Part shown: piece by piece, positions 50,772 to 60,552 of the stretch | How the letters are laid out: the number at the start of each line of letters is the position of its first letter | Position numbering within the stretch: position 1 is the stretch's first letter | Origin: Betaproteobacteria bacterium | GTDB lineage: Bacteria > Pseudomonadota > Gammaproteobacteria > Burkholderiales > SG8-39 | NCBI GenBank assembly: GCA_947479645.1 | Contig: CANKAJ010000004.1 | Location: 7,201-71,200, forward strand | Reading direction: 5' to 3' | DNA length: 64,000 bases | Notes under the pieces: generated by a model | What the model saw: only the letters and a program-made list of their open reading frames with translations | Told to the model about the DNA's origin: nothing | The model's database searches: none | Made by a program: the position numbers and the translations under genes

Positions 50772-51803
50772 CTACTCTTTGCCGCGCCACTCAATTCGTA
50801 CCCGCCGCCCGTCTTCCAGCGGGATCAACAGTGTGCGGGGCTGAGTATTCTCAAAATTTCCCGCCGCAGGTGCAGGCAGGGAAAACCGCGCAAATTCCAT
50901 GGGCACTCCAAAGGAGAAGGTAATTGCGCGAAGCGAACGTCGGTCTGCTGAAGGAATCAACACGTCGGGGATGCCATCGCCATTGGCATCCATCAGTGCC
51001 GCCATCCCCTGGGCACGCGTTCCGGCAATGTGATTGGTTACGCCGCTGATGCGATGACCGGGAACAATGCTGAGGCCATCAAACTTGTACTCGATCAGCA
51101 TTCCATTCTCGTGTGGCGAGAGCACCACGAGCAGTTCGAGATTGCCGTCTCCGTCAACGTCGGCCACCCCGATCGGGTTCATCCATTGATTGCGATTTCC
51201 CATCGGCTCGGACTCTGCCAGCGAGACGAGCTTGCCGTCGCGAATGCCAAGGGAGATCAGGGAAGCGCCGCTTTGTTGTCGGCTTCGCACCAGAATGATT
51301 TCATCCAGTCCGTCGCGGTTGATGTCGTACACGCGAGGTAGAAGGTCTTCGAAAACCGAATCCTCTGGCAACACATAACTGAGCACGGAGCCGTCGCGGG
51401 TGCGCACTCTCACGGCAGTTGCCTCGACCGTATCTCCCAGAACTCCATGCGGATAGCGCCGTGTCGGCTGGGCCAGCCAGGCCTGCACGATGTCATTCTT
51501 ACCGCGGCCAACATGCGTATCGGCCAGTGCGTCACCTGGCAGTGAGTTGCCCGGAATCGGTGGCTCTCCTGCCGGTATTACGTGATAGCTGACCTGAGCA
51601 CATATCGGCGGTGATGCGAGCGTCAACCAAGCGGCCATCAGCAACACGGCATTGCGCGAATGCCTTTCAGGATTCAAAACGGGCGATGTCCATCGCCAGG
51701 TGGAATGCTGCTCGGTCAGATCCATGTTTTCATGATAATCGCTTTGCGTCGTTCTGGATTGGTCGAGGGTGGAAAGAACGGAGGTTCGATTGATGCAAAT
51801 CAA
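50772..51803 (-). CDS. FG-GAP/VCBS-repeat (integrin-alpha-like propeller) protein, probably secreted
   Basis: Repeated Ca-binding-like DxDxDG loops (DINRDGLDEIILV, DVDGDGNLELLVV, DANGDGIPDVLIP). Hydrophobic signal-like segment. The true start is uncertain (alternative Met at about 51725). Confidence 0.65.
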   Translation of the reverse strand: MICINRTSVLSTLDQSRTTQSDYHENMDLTEQHSTWRWTSPVLNPERHSRNAVLLMAAWLTLASPPICAQVSYHVIPAGEPPIPGNSLPGDALADTHVGRGKNDIVQAWLAQPTRRYPHGVLGDTVEATAVRVRTRDGSVLSYVLPEDSVFEDLLPRVYDINRDGLDEIILVRSRQQSGASLISLGIRDGKLVSLAESEPMGNRNQWMNPIGVADVDGDGNLELLVVLSPHENGMLIEYKFDGLSIVPGHRISGVTNHIAGTRAQGMAALMDANGDGIPDVLIPSADRRSLRAITFSFGVPMEFARFSLPAPAAGNFENTQPRTLLIPLEDGRRVRIEWRGKE

Positions 51804-52004
51804 GATATTGGGTCATAAGGGCTTAATCGGCGGTTGTGTCGGGGTGATACGTTGCCGGCGAAGTGCAATGGACAAATTTGTCCAGCCGGGAACTTTGATC
51901 GACTACCGGCATGGCAGTTGGAGGAGGGAGGGTGCGTCGCTACGATTTAGCTGCGGTGGAATGAAACGAAAAAGGCATGATTTGCTGTAAGCCTTTGAGT
52001 TTCT

Positions 52005-52080
52005 TGGTGCCCCCGACACGAATCGAACGTGTGACCCCCTTCTTAGGAGGAAGGTGCTCTATCCACTGAGCTACGGGGGC
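52005..52080 (-). tRNA. tRNA-Arg (anticodon CCT), CCA encoded
   Basis: The reverse complement is GCCCCCGTAGCTCAGTGGATAGAGCACCTTCCTCCTAAGAAGGGGGTCACACGTTCGATTCGTGTCGGGGGCACCA. Clean cloverleaf, with anticodon loop CTCCTAA. Confidence 0.9.
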
Positions 52081-52417
52081 GAATGCCAAATGCGCCGGGA
52101 AGGATTATATCCTTCGCAAGCAGGTCGCTCTCGAATCCGTCGCGTTTTTTGTCTTTTGGTGATTGGCGGTATGCGCCGATTCTGCCAGGAAGTTCATGGC
52201 ACCCTATAGCAAAGCCGTGGCTCGTTTTGAGCAGACACGCCCCGAATTGGACCCCGCAAATCAGCCTTCGATCGGGGCGAGGCAGTTTTACCTGGATGAT
52301 ACGGATTTGCCGGAATATCTTCTTCTATTGCAATGGGTTGTTTGATACGTGTAACAGCTGTATCGGTTACATGAAGGGGGGCAGTTTTGGGCTAAAATAG
52401 CAAGCTATGATATTGGG

Positions 52418-53341
52418 ATGTTCAGTATGCTGACTGGAAGCCTTGTTGCGATCGTCACGCCCATGCTTGATGACGGGACTCTTGATCTGGCGCGTTTTCG
52501 CGACCTGATCAATTTTCACATTGCCGAAGGCACGGATGGAATTGTTGTCGTTGGGACGACCGGTGAATCGCCGACCGTCAGCTTTGACGAGCACAAGGAA
52601 CTGATCCGGCGCGCTGTCGAATATGCAGCCGGCCGTATTCCGATCATTGCAGGAACAGGTGCCAATTCCACCGCAGAGGCAATTGAACTGACGGAGTCGG
52701 CCAAACGAGCCGGGGCGACTGCATGCCTATCGGTTGTTCCTTACTACAACAAGCCGTCGCAGGAAGGGCTATACCGGCATTTCCGTGCTATCGCCGAAAC
52801 GGTGGATATCCCCACCATCGTATATAACGTTCCGGGGCGCACGGTTGCTGACATCTCAAATGACACCTTGATGCGATTGGTCGAACTGCCCAATATCGTC
52901 GGTCTCAAGGACGCAACAGCGAATATTGAGCGCGGCAGTGATCTGTTGCGTCGTCTCCCGAAAAACTTTGCTGTATATAGCGGAGACGATGCCACTGCGC
53001 TTGCGCTGATGTTGCTGGGTGGGCATGGGGTTATTTCTGTCACGGCAAATGTGGCGCCGCGTTTGATGCACGACATGTGTGTCGCTGCGCTCGCCGGTGA
53101 TGTGCAACGGGCACGGGAGATTAATTTCCAGTTGCTGCCGTTGCACCAGAAACTGTTTGTCGAGGCCAATCCCGTTCCGGTGAAGTGGGCAGTGGCGCAG
53201 ATGGGCCTGATGGGTGAGGGCATTCGCCTGCCTCTGACGCCATTGGCGCAACAATTTTATGAACCAGTCAGGGATGCCATGCGCGAAGCCAATATAACAA
53301 TCAAAAGCGGTTCGCGCGGTGTTGAAGGAAAGGCAGTATGA
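52418..53341 (+). CDS. dapA: 4-hydroxy-tetrahydrodipicolinate synthase
   Basis: [21 protein letters not shown], active-site Lys context ([10 protein letters not shown]). Alternative start at 52427. Confidence 0.95.
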   Translation: MFSMLTGSLVAIVTPMLDDGTLDLARFRDLINFHIAEGTDGIVVVGTTGESPTVSFDEHKELIRRAVEYAAGRIPIIAGTGANSTAEAIELTESAKRAGATACLSVVPYYNKPSQEGLYRHFRAIAETVDIPTIVYNVPGRTVADISNDTLMRLVELPNIVGLKDATANIERGSDLLRRLPKNFAVYSGDDATALALMLLGGHGVISVTANVAPRLMHDMCVAALAGDVQRAREINFQLLPLHQKLFVEANPVPVKWAVAQMGLMGEGIRLPLTPLAQQFYEPVRDAMREANITIKSGSRGVEGKAV

Positions 53342-54504
53342 AACCAATCAATTGGCTGTTGCCCGTGTTTGCAGTGCTGTTGCCCGCATGCGGCACAGTG
53401 TCGTCCTTGATGGAGGCTGGCAAAACCGATTACAAGTCGGTCGCTAAACAATCACTGCCACCGTTGGAAATTCCCCCCAATCTGAGCCGCCCGACCGGTG
53501 ATGATCGGTTCAGTGTTCCCAGCAATACAGCCAGTGCCAGTACGACATTCTCATCATATAGCGCTGATCAGGGCGGCCCCCGAACAGGATCGACCGACTT
53601 GCTGCCTATAACATCCAAGGCGCGCATCGAAAGGTCTGGCAGTCAGCGCTGGCTGGTGGTTCCGGCATCGCCGGAAAAGGTATGGCCGCTTGTGAAAGAG
53701 TTCTGGCAGGAGTCGGGGTTTCTGATCAATCTGGAAATTCCCGAGGCGGGTGTGATGGAGACTGATTGGGCGGAGAACCGTTCCAAGATTCCACAGGATT
53801 TAATTCGCAACACACTGGGGCGCCTGCTGGACAACTTGTACTCGACCGGTGAGCGTGACAAATTCAGAACGCGGCTTGAGCGCGGCGCGCAGGCGGATAC
53901 CACGGAAATTTACATCAGCCATCGCGGCGTTATTGAAGTGGTTGCCGGGTCTGGCGGTGGTGGCGGCGATGACGGTGTTATCAATAACTTTGTCTGGCAG
54001 CCTCGTCCGTCGGATCCGGAACTTGAGTCAGAGTTTTTGAGCAAGCTCATGGTTCGCCTTGGCATGGACGAAGGGCGTGCCCGCGAGGTGGTGACCGCGG
54101 GTGAGAAGGTTGAACGCGCCAAATTGATCAAGTCAGCAGATGGTGGTGGCGCGCTTGAACTTCCGGAGACGTTTGACCGCGCCTGGCGTCGCGTCGGACT
54201 GGCTCTGGATCGGGTTGGCTTTACCGTTGAAGACCGTGACAGGTCCAAGGGCTTTTATTTCGTGCGCTATGTTGATCCCGGCGTCGATGCAGCGAACACC
54301 GCAAAGAAGGATGATGGCCTGCTCTCCAAACTTGCGTTCTGGCGCTCTTCGAGCAACGCTGCCGCGAAGAATGAGCAGTATCAGGTGCTGGTAAAAGATG
54401 GCAAGGAAACAAGTCAGGTGCAAGTGCTGGCCAAGGATGGCAGTGCCGACCGCAGCGAAATCGGGAGAAGAATTCTGTCCCTGTTGCACGACCAGTTGAA
54501 ATAA
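53338..54504 (+). CDS. bamC: Outer-membrane protein assembly factor BamC (NlpB)
   Basis: Lipobox LLPACGT. ATGA overlap with dapA, the conserved dapA-bamC pairing. Size and composition fit BamC. Confidence 0.75.
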   Translation: MKPINWLLPVFAVLLPACGTVSSLMEAGKTDYKSVAKQSLPPLEIPPNLSRPTGDDRFSVPSNTASASTTFSSYSADQGGPRTGSTDLLPITSKARIERSGSQRWLVVPASPEKVWPLVKEFWQESGFLINLEIPEAGVMETDWAENRSKIPQDLIRNTLGRLLDNLYSTGERDKFRTRLERGAQADTTEIYISHRGVIEVVAGSGGGGGDDGVINNFVWQPRPSDPELESEFLSKLMVRLGMDEGRAREVVTAGEKVERAKLIKSADGGGALELPETFDRAWRRVGLALDRVGFTVEDRDRSKGFYFVRYVDPGVDAANTAKKDDGLLSKLAFWRSSSNAAAKNEQYQVLVKDGKETSQVQVLAKDGSADRSEIGRRILSLLHDQLK

Positions 54505-54615
54505 CCAGGGTCTGAATCGCTAGATGCGAAGTGCAGGCAGTTCGTCAATAGCACTTCCTATGCGCTCAGTACCGCTCGGAGCGGTACAACTGCCGGGAAA
54601 TCCGCTGATTGGCGT

Positions 54616-55395
54616 ATGACACGATTCGCATCGCTTGGCAGTGGCAGTCAGGGAAACGGTTTGGTGTTTGAGGTGAACTCAACGCGAGTCCTGCTCGATT
54701 GCGGATTCAATCCGCGCGATACGCAGGCCAGGCTTGCACGAATCGGTATTGAGCCCTCCGCGCTGACGGGAATCATTGTCACCCATGAACATTCGGATCA
54801 TTCGGCAGGGGTATTCCCGTTTGCACTACGGAACGAAGTGCCTGTATGGATAACCCATGGCACCCTATCAGCTCTGCGGGCAGCCAATGCAAACGTGGAT
54901 AAGGGAGTAACGGTCAATATCGTGGACGGGCACGGTGCCATCGCCATTGGCGATGTGCAAGTGCAGCCCTACACGGTGCCCCATGATGCGCGCGAGCCGG
55001 TGCAGTACGTGCTTTCCGATGGCATGCGTCGACTGGGTGTGCTGACCGATACCGGATGCTCGACCCCACACATTGAAGCACATCTGTCGGGGTGTGATGC
55101 GCTTGTGCTGGAGACCAATCATGACCGGGATATGCTGATGAATGGCAGCTACCCTGCGTGGTTGAAGGCGCGCGTCGGTGGTCGGTTCGGGCATCTGGAC
55201 AATGCTGCTTCAGCGCAACTGCTGCAAGCGCTGGATCGCTCCCGTCTTCAGCATGTGATTGCCGCACACTTGTCTCATCAGAACAATACGCCGGATTTGG
55301 CGCGCGATGCGTTAGTGGCTGTTCTGGATTGTGAGCCTGCCTGGGTGACGCTGGCAAATCAGGCTGAAGGCTTTTCCTGGAGAGATTTGGTCTAG
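54616..55395 (+). CDS. MBL-fold metallo-hydrolase
   Basis: HEHSDH metal-binding motif; 259 aa. Confidence 0.8.
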   Translation: MTRFASLGSGSQGNGLVFEVNSTRVLLDCGFNPRDTQARLARIGIEPSALTGIIVTHEHSDHSAGVFPFALRNEVPVWITHGTLSALRAANANVDKGVTVNIVDGHGAIAIGDVQVQPYTVPHDAREPVQYVLSDGMRRLGVLTDTGCSTPHIEAHLSGCDALVLETNHDRDMLMNGSYPAWLKARVGGRFGHLDNAASAQLLQALDRSRLQHVIAAHLSHQNNTPDLARDALVAVLDCEPAWVTLANQAEGFSWRDLV

Positions 55396-55454
55396 CAGGA
55401 AGTGCTGAGTGCGCTGAAGTCGGGTGTCAGCGCGAGTAGCACCTTCACAGGAAA

Positions 55455-55488
55455 TAAAAAAGCCGGCCTGGATTCAGCCGGCTTTTTG
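55455..55488. terminator. Bidirectional rho-independent terminator
   Basis: AAAAAA-GCCGGC-ctggattca-GCCGGC-TTTTT, between the convergent MBL gene (+) and the small lipoprotein gene (-). Confidence 0.8.
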
Positions 55489-55505
55489 TCCATCTGACAG
55501 CGTGG

Positions 55506-55745
55506 TTACTTGGCTGGCGCGGCCGGTGCTGCGGGAGCAGCTGGTGCCGGTGCGGGAGCAGATGTCGTAGTGGTCGTAGTCGTGGTGGTTGCAGCAGGAG
55601 CCTCACCGGCCTTGGTGGCGTCAGCCGGTGCAGCGGCTGGCGCAGCTGCAGCAGCTGCGGGGGCAGGAGCGGGTTTCGGTTCTTCCTTGCCGCATGCTAC
55701 CAGGGCGAGTGCAGCGACAGTTGCAACGATGATTGCATGTTTCAT
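55506..55745 (-). CDS. Small Ala/Pro/Thr-rich lipoprotein (79 aa)
   Basis: Signal peptide plus lipobox MKHAIIVATVAALALVAC. The mature part is low complexity (APAPAAAAAAPAAAP...T9...APAPAPAAPAAPAAPAK). Has its own terminator. Confidence 0.6.
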   Translation of the reverse strand: MKHAIIVATVAALALVACGKEEPKPAPAPAAAAAAPAAAPADATKAGEAPAATTTTTTTTTSAPAPAPAAPAAPAAPAK

Positions 55746-55939
55746 ATTTAATTTTCCAAAAAGTGAGTGTTAGATGATTACTCGCCCAGGCACGCGTGGG
55801 ACAAAGCCAGTCTGGTCGAATGCGTTGATTTTACCAATTTAGAGGCAATCTGGCCCAGGAAAATGCTGAGTTCATGCGTTAATAGGTCACAACACAGCAA
55901 GAATGCCAGAGAAAAAGGGGGGATGTAGCAACCTGCCTT

Positions 55940-56470
55940 TCACAGTCCGCTGGTATTGGCACATACGCCTGGTTCCGAGCATTCCCAGATTTCATCAAAA
56001 CGGTCCCGCATGGCCTGACCTTCGTGCGAGTCATTCAGTATGCAAACGCCGCGTCCCTGTGCTGCTACAGGGCGCCGAATGACATGCATGCGGTCTGCCA
56101 GCATGAAGCAATCCTGTGTCTTGGTTGCTTCGCCTTCGGTACGGTGAATGGCCATGGATCCGGAAAAAATCCCCAGCAGGCAAATTAGCCTGGGGCAATG
56201 GCGTTTGACGTATTCAACATCATGGAGCGCGATATAGGCGCGATTGAGGCGACTTCTGGCAAGAAAGCGTCGCAATGCTTCGATACGAGCCGGGGTGTCG
56301 AGCCGTGTCTGGCTGAGATCAGGATCAAATATCCGAATTTCCAGCTGTGCCAGTTCAAGCAATTTATCCGCAGCCTGCAGGTACTCGCTTCTGGTGGTCA
56401 TCAGGGTTCTTGAAGGAGCTGCGCAATGACCTTGCAGACCTTCCCGGTCGGACGCTTGCGATTCGGTCAT
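55940..56470 (-). CDS. Hypothetical protein (177 aa), co-directional with the JmjC/cupin oxygenase gene
   Basis: ATG at 56470 is preceded by AGGAGG at 8-nt spacing, 41 nt after the upstream stop. I recognise no family. The ORF-track start at 56563 overlaps the upstream gene. Confidence 0.55.
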   Translation of the reverse strand: MTESQASDREGLQGHCAAPSRTLMTTRSEYLQAADKLLELAQLEIRIFDPDLSQTRLDTPARIEALRRFLARSRLNRAYIALHDVEYVKRHCPRLICLLGIFSGSMAIHRTEGEATKTQDCFMLADRMHVIRRPVAAQGRGVCILNDSHEGQAMRDRFDEIWECSEPGVCANTSGL

Positions 56471-56511
56471 ACGGTATGCCTCCTGTCGGTAGAACCGGCT
56501 ATCTGGCTGCT

Positions 56512-57657
56512 TCAGGTATGCGACATGCCACTGCCAATTTGCAGCCAGCCGCTCACATACCAATCGTGCAGCAACTGGCGCAAGGGCTGGCTGTACCGGC
56601 CCGCGGGCAGCTCGCGGTTGTCGGCAAGATGGACAAGGCGCGCTCGGATAGGCCCTTGCAACGATAGCCGTTCGCCATTGATGAAAACTGCATTCTGACT
56701 ATGCAGCATCAATGTCCGGGAACTGAGCTTTACGCCATGCTTGCCCAGTGCTGCTGCAAATTGCGCAGGCGAAACCCTTCGACGGGGGCGACTGAAAACG
56801 ATCCGGGGTTTCGGTTCGGAAAGATACTCTCCGAGAAAACGGGCAATATCGCCACGCGTAAAACGAAGTTGCGACAGCATTGCAGCCGTCTTGTCCACCA
56901 TTGCACCGGGGATGGCTGATGGCCGCGACTGCGCACGCAGATCCGGATCCCGATACAGCCCCGGGAACTTGCACTCTTCACTGATTCGTTCAGAAAATCG
57001 AAGCAGAAATTCTGACAAAAGTTCGCCCCGACCCGGGGCGCGAAATCCGATGGAGTAGGTGGTGCAGGTATCGATGGCGACGCCATCATGTGCCCAGCCG
57101 GGCGGCAGATAGAGCAAATCGCCAGCCTCCATGGTGTATTCGGCTTCTGGTTCGAAATGCTTCAGGATGCGCAGTGGCGCATCCTTGAGTAACTCGGGAT
57201 TTCGCACTCGTCCGACTCGCCACAGCCTGCGACCGGACCCTTGCAGCAGGAACACGTCGTAGGAGTCTGTGTGTGGTCCGACGCCCCCTCCCGGCACGGC
57301 ATAGCTGACCATGACATCGTCCAGCCTGGCGTAGGGAATGAAATTGAAAAGCCGAAGCAGTTTATCCGCACGCTGATTATGCAGATTCAGCCCTTGTACC
57401 AGCAAAGTCCAGTTGGCGGCGGGAATCCGCTTGAATGCCGATAGCGCAAATGGGCCATGCTCCAGCGTCCAGCGTCCAGCGTCATGTCGCACCACTCTTG
57501 ACTCGATATCATCGTCGCTCGCGAGACGAAATAAATCGGCCTGCGGCAGCAAATCCGTGAAACCGGAAATGGCATTGCGCACAACCAGAGGGCGCTTTTG
57601 CCAATAGCGTGAAAAAAATTGGGGCGCCGTTCTTGCGCCTAGCAGTTGCATTTTCAT
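56512..57657 (-). CDS. JmjC/cupin-domain oxygenase, RoxA/YcfD-like (ribosomal protein hydroxylase family)
   Basis: GGGVGPHTDSYDVFLLQGSGRRLWRV (HxD iron ligands) and LYLPPGWAHDGVA (distal His); 381 aa. Confidence 0.75.
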   Translation of the reverse strand: MKMQLLGARTAPQFFSRYWQKRPLVVRNAISGFTDLLPQADLFRLASDDDIESRVVRHDAGRWTLEHGPFALSAFKRIPAANWTLLVQGLNLHNQRADKLLRLFNFIPYARLDDVMVSYAVPGGGVGPHTDSYDVFLLQGSGRRLWRVGRVRNPELLKDAPLRILKHFEPEAEYTMEAGDLLYLPPGWAHDGVAIDTCTTYSIGFRAPGRGELLSEFLLRFSERISEECKFPGLYRDPDLRAQSRPSAIPGAMVDKTAAMLSQLRFTRGDIARFLGEYLSEPKPRIVFSRPRRRVSPAQFAAALGKHGVKLSSRTLMLHSQNAVFINGERLSLQGPIRARLVHLADNRELPAGRYSQPLRQLLHDWYVSGWLQIGSGMSHT

Positions 57658-57733
57658 TGGGACAGATTATAGTCTGTGGGCGCAGTTTGCATCGAGAGGG
57701 TATAACGGGAGCAAATCAGGAGAGGCATGATCC

Positions 57734-58240
57734 ATGCATCAGCATCACGCCATGCTTAAAGTCGGGCAACCGGCGCCGCAATTTTCTCTCCCCGACTCGG
57801 ACATGGAGCCGGTCAGTCTCGCAAAATTCCGTGGCAAGAAAAATGTCATTTTGTATTTCTATCCACGTGACGGAACGCCGGGATGCACCTTGCAGGCCAC
57901 CGATTTCTCTGACCATGAGGAAGAGTTTGCGCGTCATGATTGCATGATTGTCGGGATCAGTCCTGATGACTGCCTGAGTCACGCAGAGTTTCGTGATGCG
58001 AACGGGGTGTCAATTCAATTGCTATCCGATACGGACCGCAGAATATGTGAAAGATATGGTGTTCTGCGCTTTGACGAGGCCGACGGTGCCAGTGATGGCA
58101 ATGGAAATATGCGGAGCACGATAACGCGTGCGACATTCATAATCGACAAGAAGGGAACCGTGCAGCACGCGATTTATAATACCAATCCGCGTGGGCATGC
58201 TCTGGAAATGCTCAAACTGGTCAAGGAAATGTTTCGCTGA
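57734..58240 (+). CDS. bcp: Thioredoxin-dependent peroxiredoxin Bcp
   Basis: YFYPRDGTPGCTLQA peroxidatic Cys motif. Alternative start at 57752. Confidence 0.85.
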   Translation: MHQHHAMLKVGQPAPQFSLPDSDMEPVSLAKFRGKKNVILYFYPRDGTPGCTLQATDFSDHEEEFARHDCMIVGISPDDCLSHAEFRDANGVSIQLLSDTDRRICERYGVLRFDEADGASDGNGNMRSTITRATFIIDKKGTVQHAIYNTNPRGHALEMLKLVKEMFR

Positions 58241-58732
58241 ATGAAAATCGCCGCCAATACTGTTGTGTCACTGGATGTACAGCTTTCAGATTTGTGGGGA
58301 ACGCTCATCGAGCAGTCAGACGAGCCGGTGCAATATCTGCACGGGGGTTACGGCGATATCTTTCCTGCTGTTGAGGCGATGCTCGATGGCAGGAGTGGCC
58401 GTGACTTCATCGAAGTCAGACTTGAGCCTGAAGAGGCATTTGGCGATTACAACGAGCAATTGCTCAGGGTGGAGTCTCGCTCCAAGTATCCGGACACCCT
58501 TGAAGTCGGCATGCGTTTTGAAGGGGAGGTCGGTACCGCCGATGAGGGAATATTCTTTGCGGTGACCGACATTGCCGATGACAAGGTGGTACTGGAGGGA
58601 AATCATCCGCTGGCTGGTCTGGCGCTGAAGTTTGCCTGCACAGTGGTTGAGGTGCGGCCGGCCAGCAGTCAGGAGATTGCCAATGGCAGTGCCGATGATA
58701 TCGGTTCGCTGGTGTTTCGCGCACTGCCCTGA
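58241..58732 (+). CDS. slyD: FKBP-type peptidyl-prolyl isomerase, SlyD-like
   Basis: MKIAANTVVSLDVQLSD..., YLHGGYGDIFPAVEAMLDG, LEGNHPLAG. Starts immediately after the bcp stop. Confidence 0.8.
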   Translation: MKIAANTVVSLDVQLSDLWGTLIEQSDEPVQYLHGGYGDIFPAVEAMLDGRSGRDFIEVRLEPEEAFGDYNEQLLRVESRSKYPDTLEVGMRFEGEVGTADEGIFFAVTDIADDKVVLEGNHPLAGLALKFACTVVEVRPASSQEIANGSADDIGSLVFRALP

Positions 58733-59008
58733 GGGGAGTCACGCTTCTGAATCGGTCGTCGGTTGCTTCCGCTTGTCCTGGGGCGGTGCCGCAGCTCCCG
58801 GCGCAGGTGTTGCCAGTCAGTGGGCCGAATTGCCAACGAATGTATGCACGAATTGACGCCAGCTGAAGTACAGGGGCGCTGGCTAGGATAGCGCGGCATG
58901 TCGTCTGGATTTACCCTATTATCGATGCTGCAGACCCTGCGATGCAGTGCCGCGATTGAACGGCACGCATGTCGCCGGTTGTCGTGAACCCAAGAGGAGG
59001 GATGGTCT

Positions 59009-60508
59009 ATGTCCGGCATGTTGGGATTCATTTCTTATGGCCTCGGAACCATCGTTGGTTTTGTCGTTATCGCCACACTGTTGGTGTGGTTCATTCAGGA
59101 CATTACCCAGAAAAAGCACTCCGTACTGCGCAATTACCCGGTTGTAGGGCGGCTGAGGTATTACATGGAGGAACTGGGGGAGTACTTGCGTCAGTACTTC
59201 TTCATGAACGACCGTGAGGAGTTGCCCTTCAATCGCGCGACTCGCGGCTGGGTTTATCGACTCGCAAAGGACGAGGCCGGTGTGCTCGGTTTCGGTTCAA
59301 CCAATAATCAGAACGAGCCTGGCTCAATCTTATTCGTCAATGCGCCTTATCCAGTCCTTGAAGAGGATCGATTGCCGACGCCGCCGCTGGCCATGGGTGA
59401 CGGCTATTGCAAGAACCCGTTTGTTGCCAAGTCCATTGTCAATATCAGTGGCATGAGTTTCGGTGCGATTTCCGAACCGGCAGTGCGAGCCCTGTCGCGC
59501 GGCGCGGCCACCGCTGGATGCTGGATGGACACGGGGGAGGGTGGACTGTCGCCTTTTCATCTGGAAGGGCACTGCGATGTCATCATGCAGATCGGCACCG
59601 CCAACTATGGTATTCGTGATGCCGACGGCCATTTCTCCCGGGAGCGGGCGCGGGAAATCGCAGCCTTGCCCCAGGTCAAGGCGTTCGAGATCAAACTCTC
59701 GCAAGGCGCCAAGCCTGGCAAGGGTGGCGTATTGCCGGGAGCCAAGGTGACCGAACAGATCGCGAAAATACGCGGCATTCCGGTCAATATCGATTCGATC
59801 AGCCCCAATCGCCATCAGGACATCGCGAATGTCGATCAGTTGCTTGACCGGATCGCGCTGATTCGCGAACTGACCGGAAAGCCGGTGGGAGTGAAGACAG
59901 CGATCGGCGGTTGGCAATTCATCAATCAGCTGACCGAAGCCGTCAATCGGCGTGGGCATGAATATGCCCCCGACTTTCTGACCATCGACGGCGGAGAGGG
60001 TGGGTCCGGCGCGGCGCCACAGGCGCTGATGGATCATATGGGTATGTCCATAGCCGAGGCGCTGCCGCGCGTGGTGGATGCCTTGATTGAGTCCGGGTTG
60101 CGCGATCGAATTCGCGTCATTGCATCGGGCAAGCTGATTACTTCAGCACGGGCCGCCTGGGCGTTGTGCGTCGGGGCCGACTACATCAACACGGCACGGG
60201 GATTCATGTTCGCGCTGGGCTGCATTCAGGCGTTGCGCTGCCACCAGAATACCTGTCCGACCGGCGTTACCACGCACAACCCGCGGTTGCAGCGCGGCCT
60301 CGTCATCGAGGAGAAATTTCTTCGCGTGGCGAATTACGCGATGAACATGAACAAGGAAATCGACATGATTGCGCATTCGTGCGGATGCCGGCATGCGCGT
60401 GAACTCAAGCGAGAGCACGTGCGCATTGTGCAAAGCCCTGGCCAAAGCGTGGCGCTCAATATCCTTTATCCTTACCCTGAGCCGAATGCCAAACTGAGGG
60501 CCGCATAG
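59009..60508 (+). CDS. FMN-binding glutamate-synthase-family protein (GltB domain-2-like), membrane anchored
   Basis: N-terminal TM helix, then ISGMSFGAIS, KLSQGAKPGKGG, TIDGGEGGSGAAP and the CHQNTCPTG motif. Confidence 0.8.
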   Translation: MSGMLGFISYGLGTIVGFVVIATLLVWFIQDITQKKHSVLRNYPVVGRLRYYMEELGEYLRQYFFMNDREELPFNRATRGWVYRLAKDEAGVLGFGSTNNQNEPGSILFVNAPYPVLEEDRLPTPPLAMGDGYCKNPFVAKSIVNISGMSFGAISEPAVRALSRGAATAGCWMDTGEGGLSPFHLEGHCDVIMQIGTANYGIRDADGHFSRERAREIAALPQVKAFEIKLSQGAKPGKGGVLPGAKVTEQIAKIRGIPVNIDSISPNRHQDIANVDQLLDRIALIRELTGKPVGVKTAIGGWQFINQLTEAVNRRGHEYAPDFLTIDGGEGGSGAAPQALMDHMGMSIAEALPRVVDALIESGLRDRIRVIASGKLITSARAAWALCVGADYINTARGFMFALGCIQALRCHQNTCPTGVTTHNPRLQRGLVIEEKFLRVANYAMNMNKEIDMIAHSCGCRHARELKREHVRIVQSPGQSVALNILYPYPEPNAKLRAA

Positions 60509-60552
60509 CGGCATATCGGATTTAAGCAATACGTTACAGGGGTGAGCAAAGA

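Noticed and set aside
48564-52080. Genomic island integrated at tRNA-Arg(CCT)
   Set aside because: There is no integrase, no mobility genes, and no direct repeat of the tRNA 3' end that I could spot. Kept only as a low-interest finding.
55506-55745. Repetitive GC-rich DNA (GCnGCn periodicity) as a CRISPR array or tandem satellite
   Set aside because: The periodicity is codon-level Ala/Pro/Thr repetition inside a lipoprotein ORF. There is no repeat-spacer architecture.
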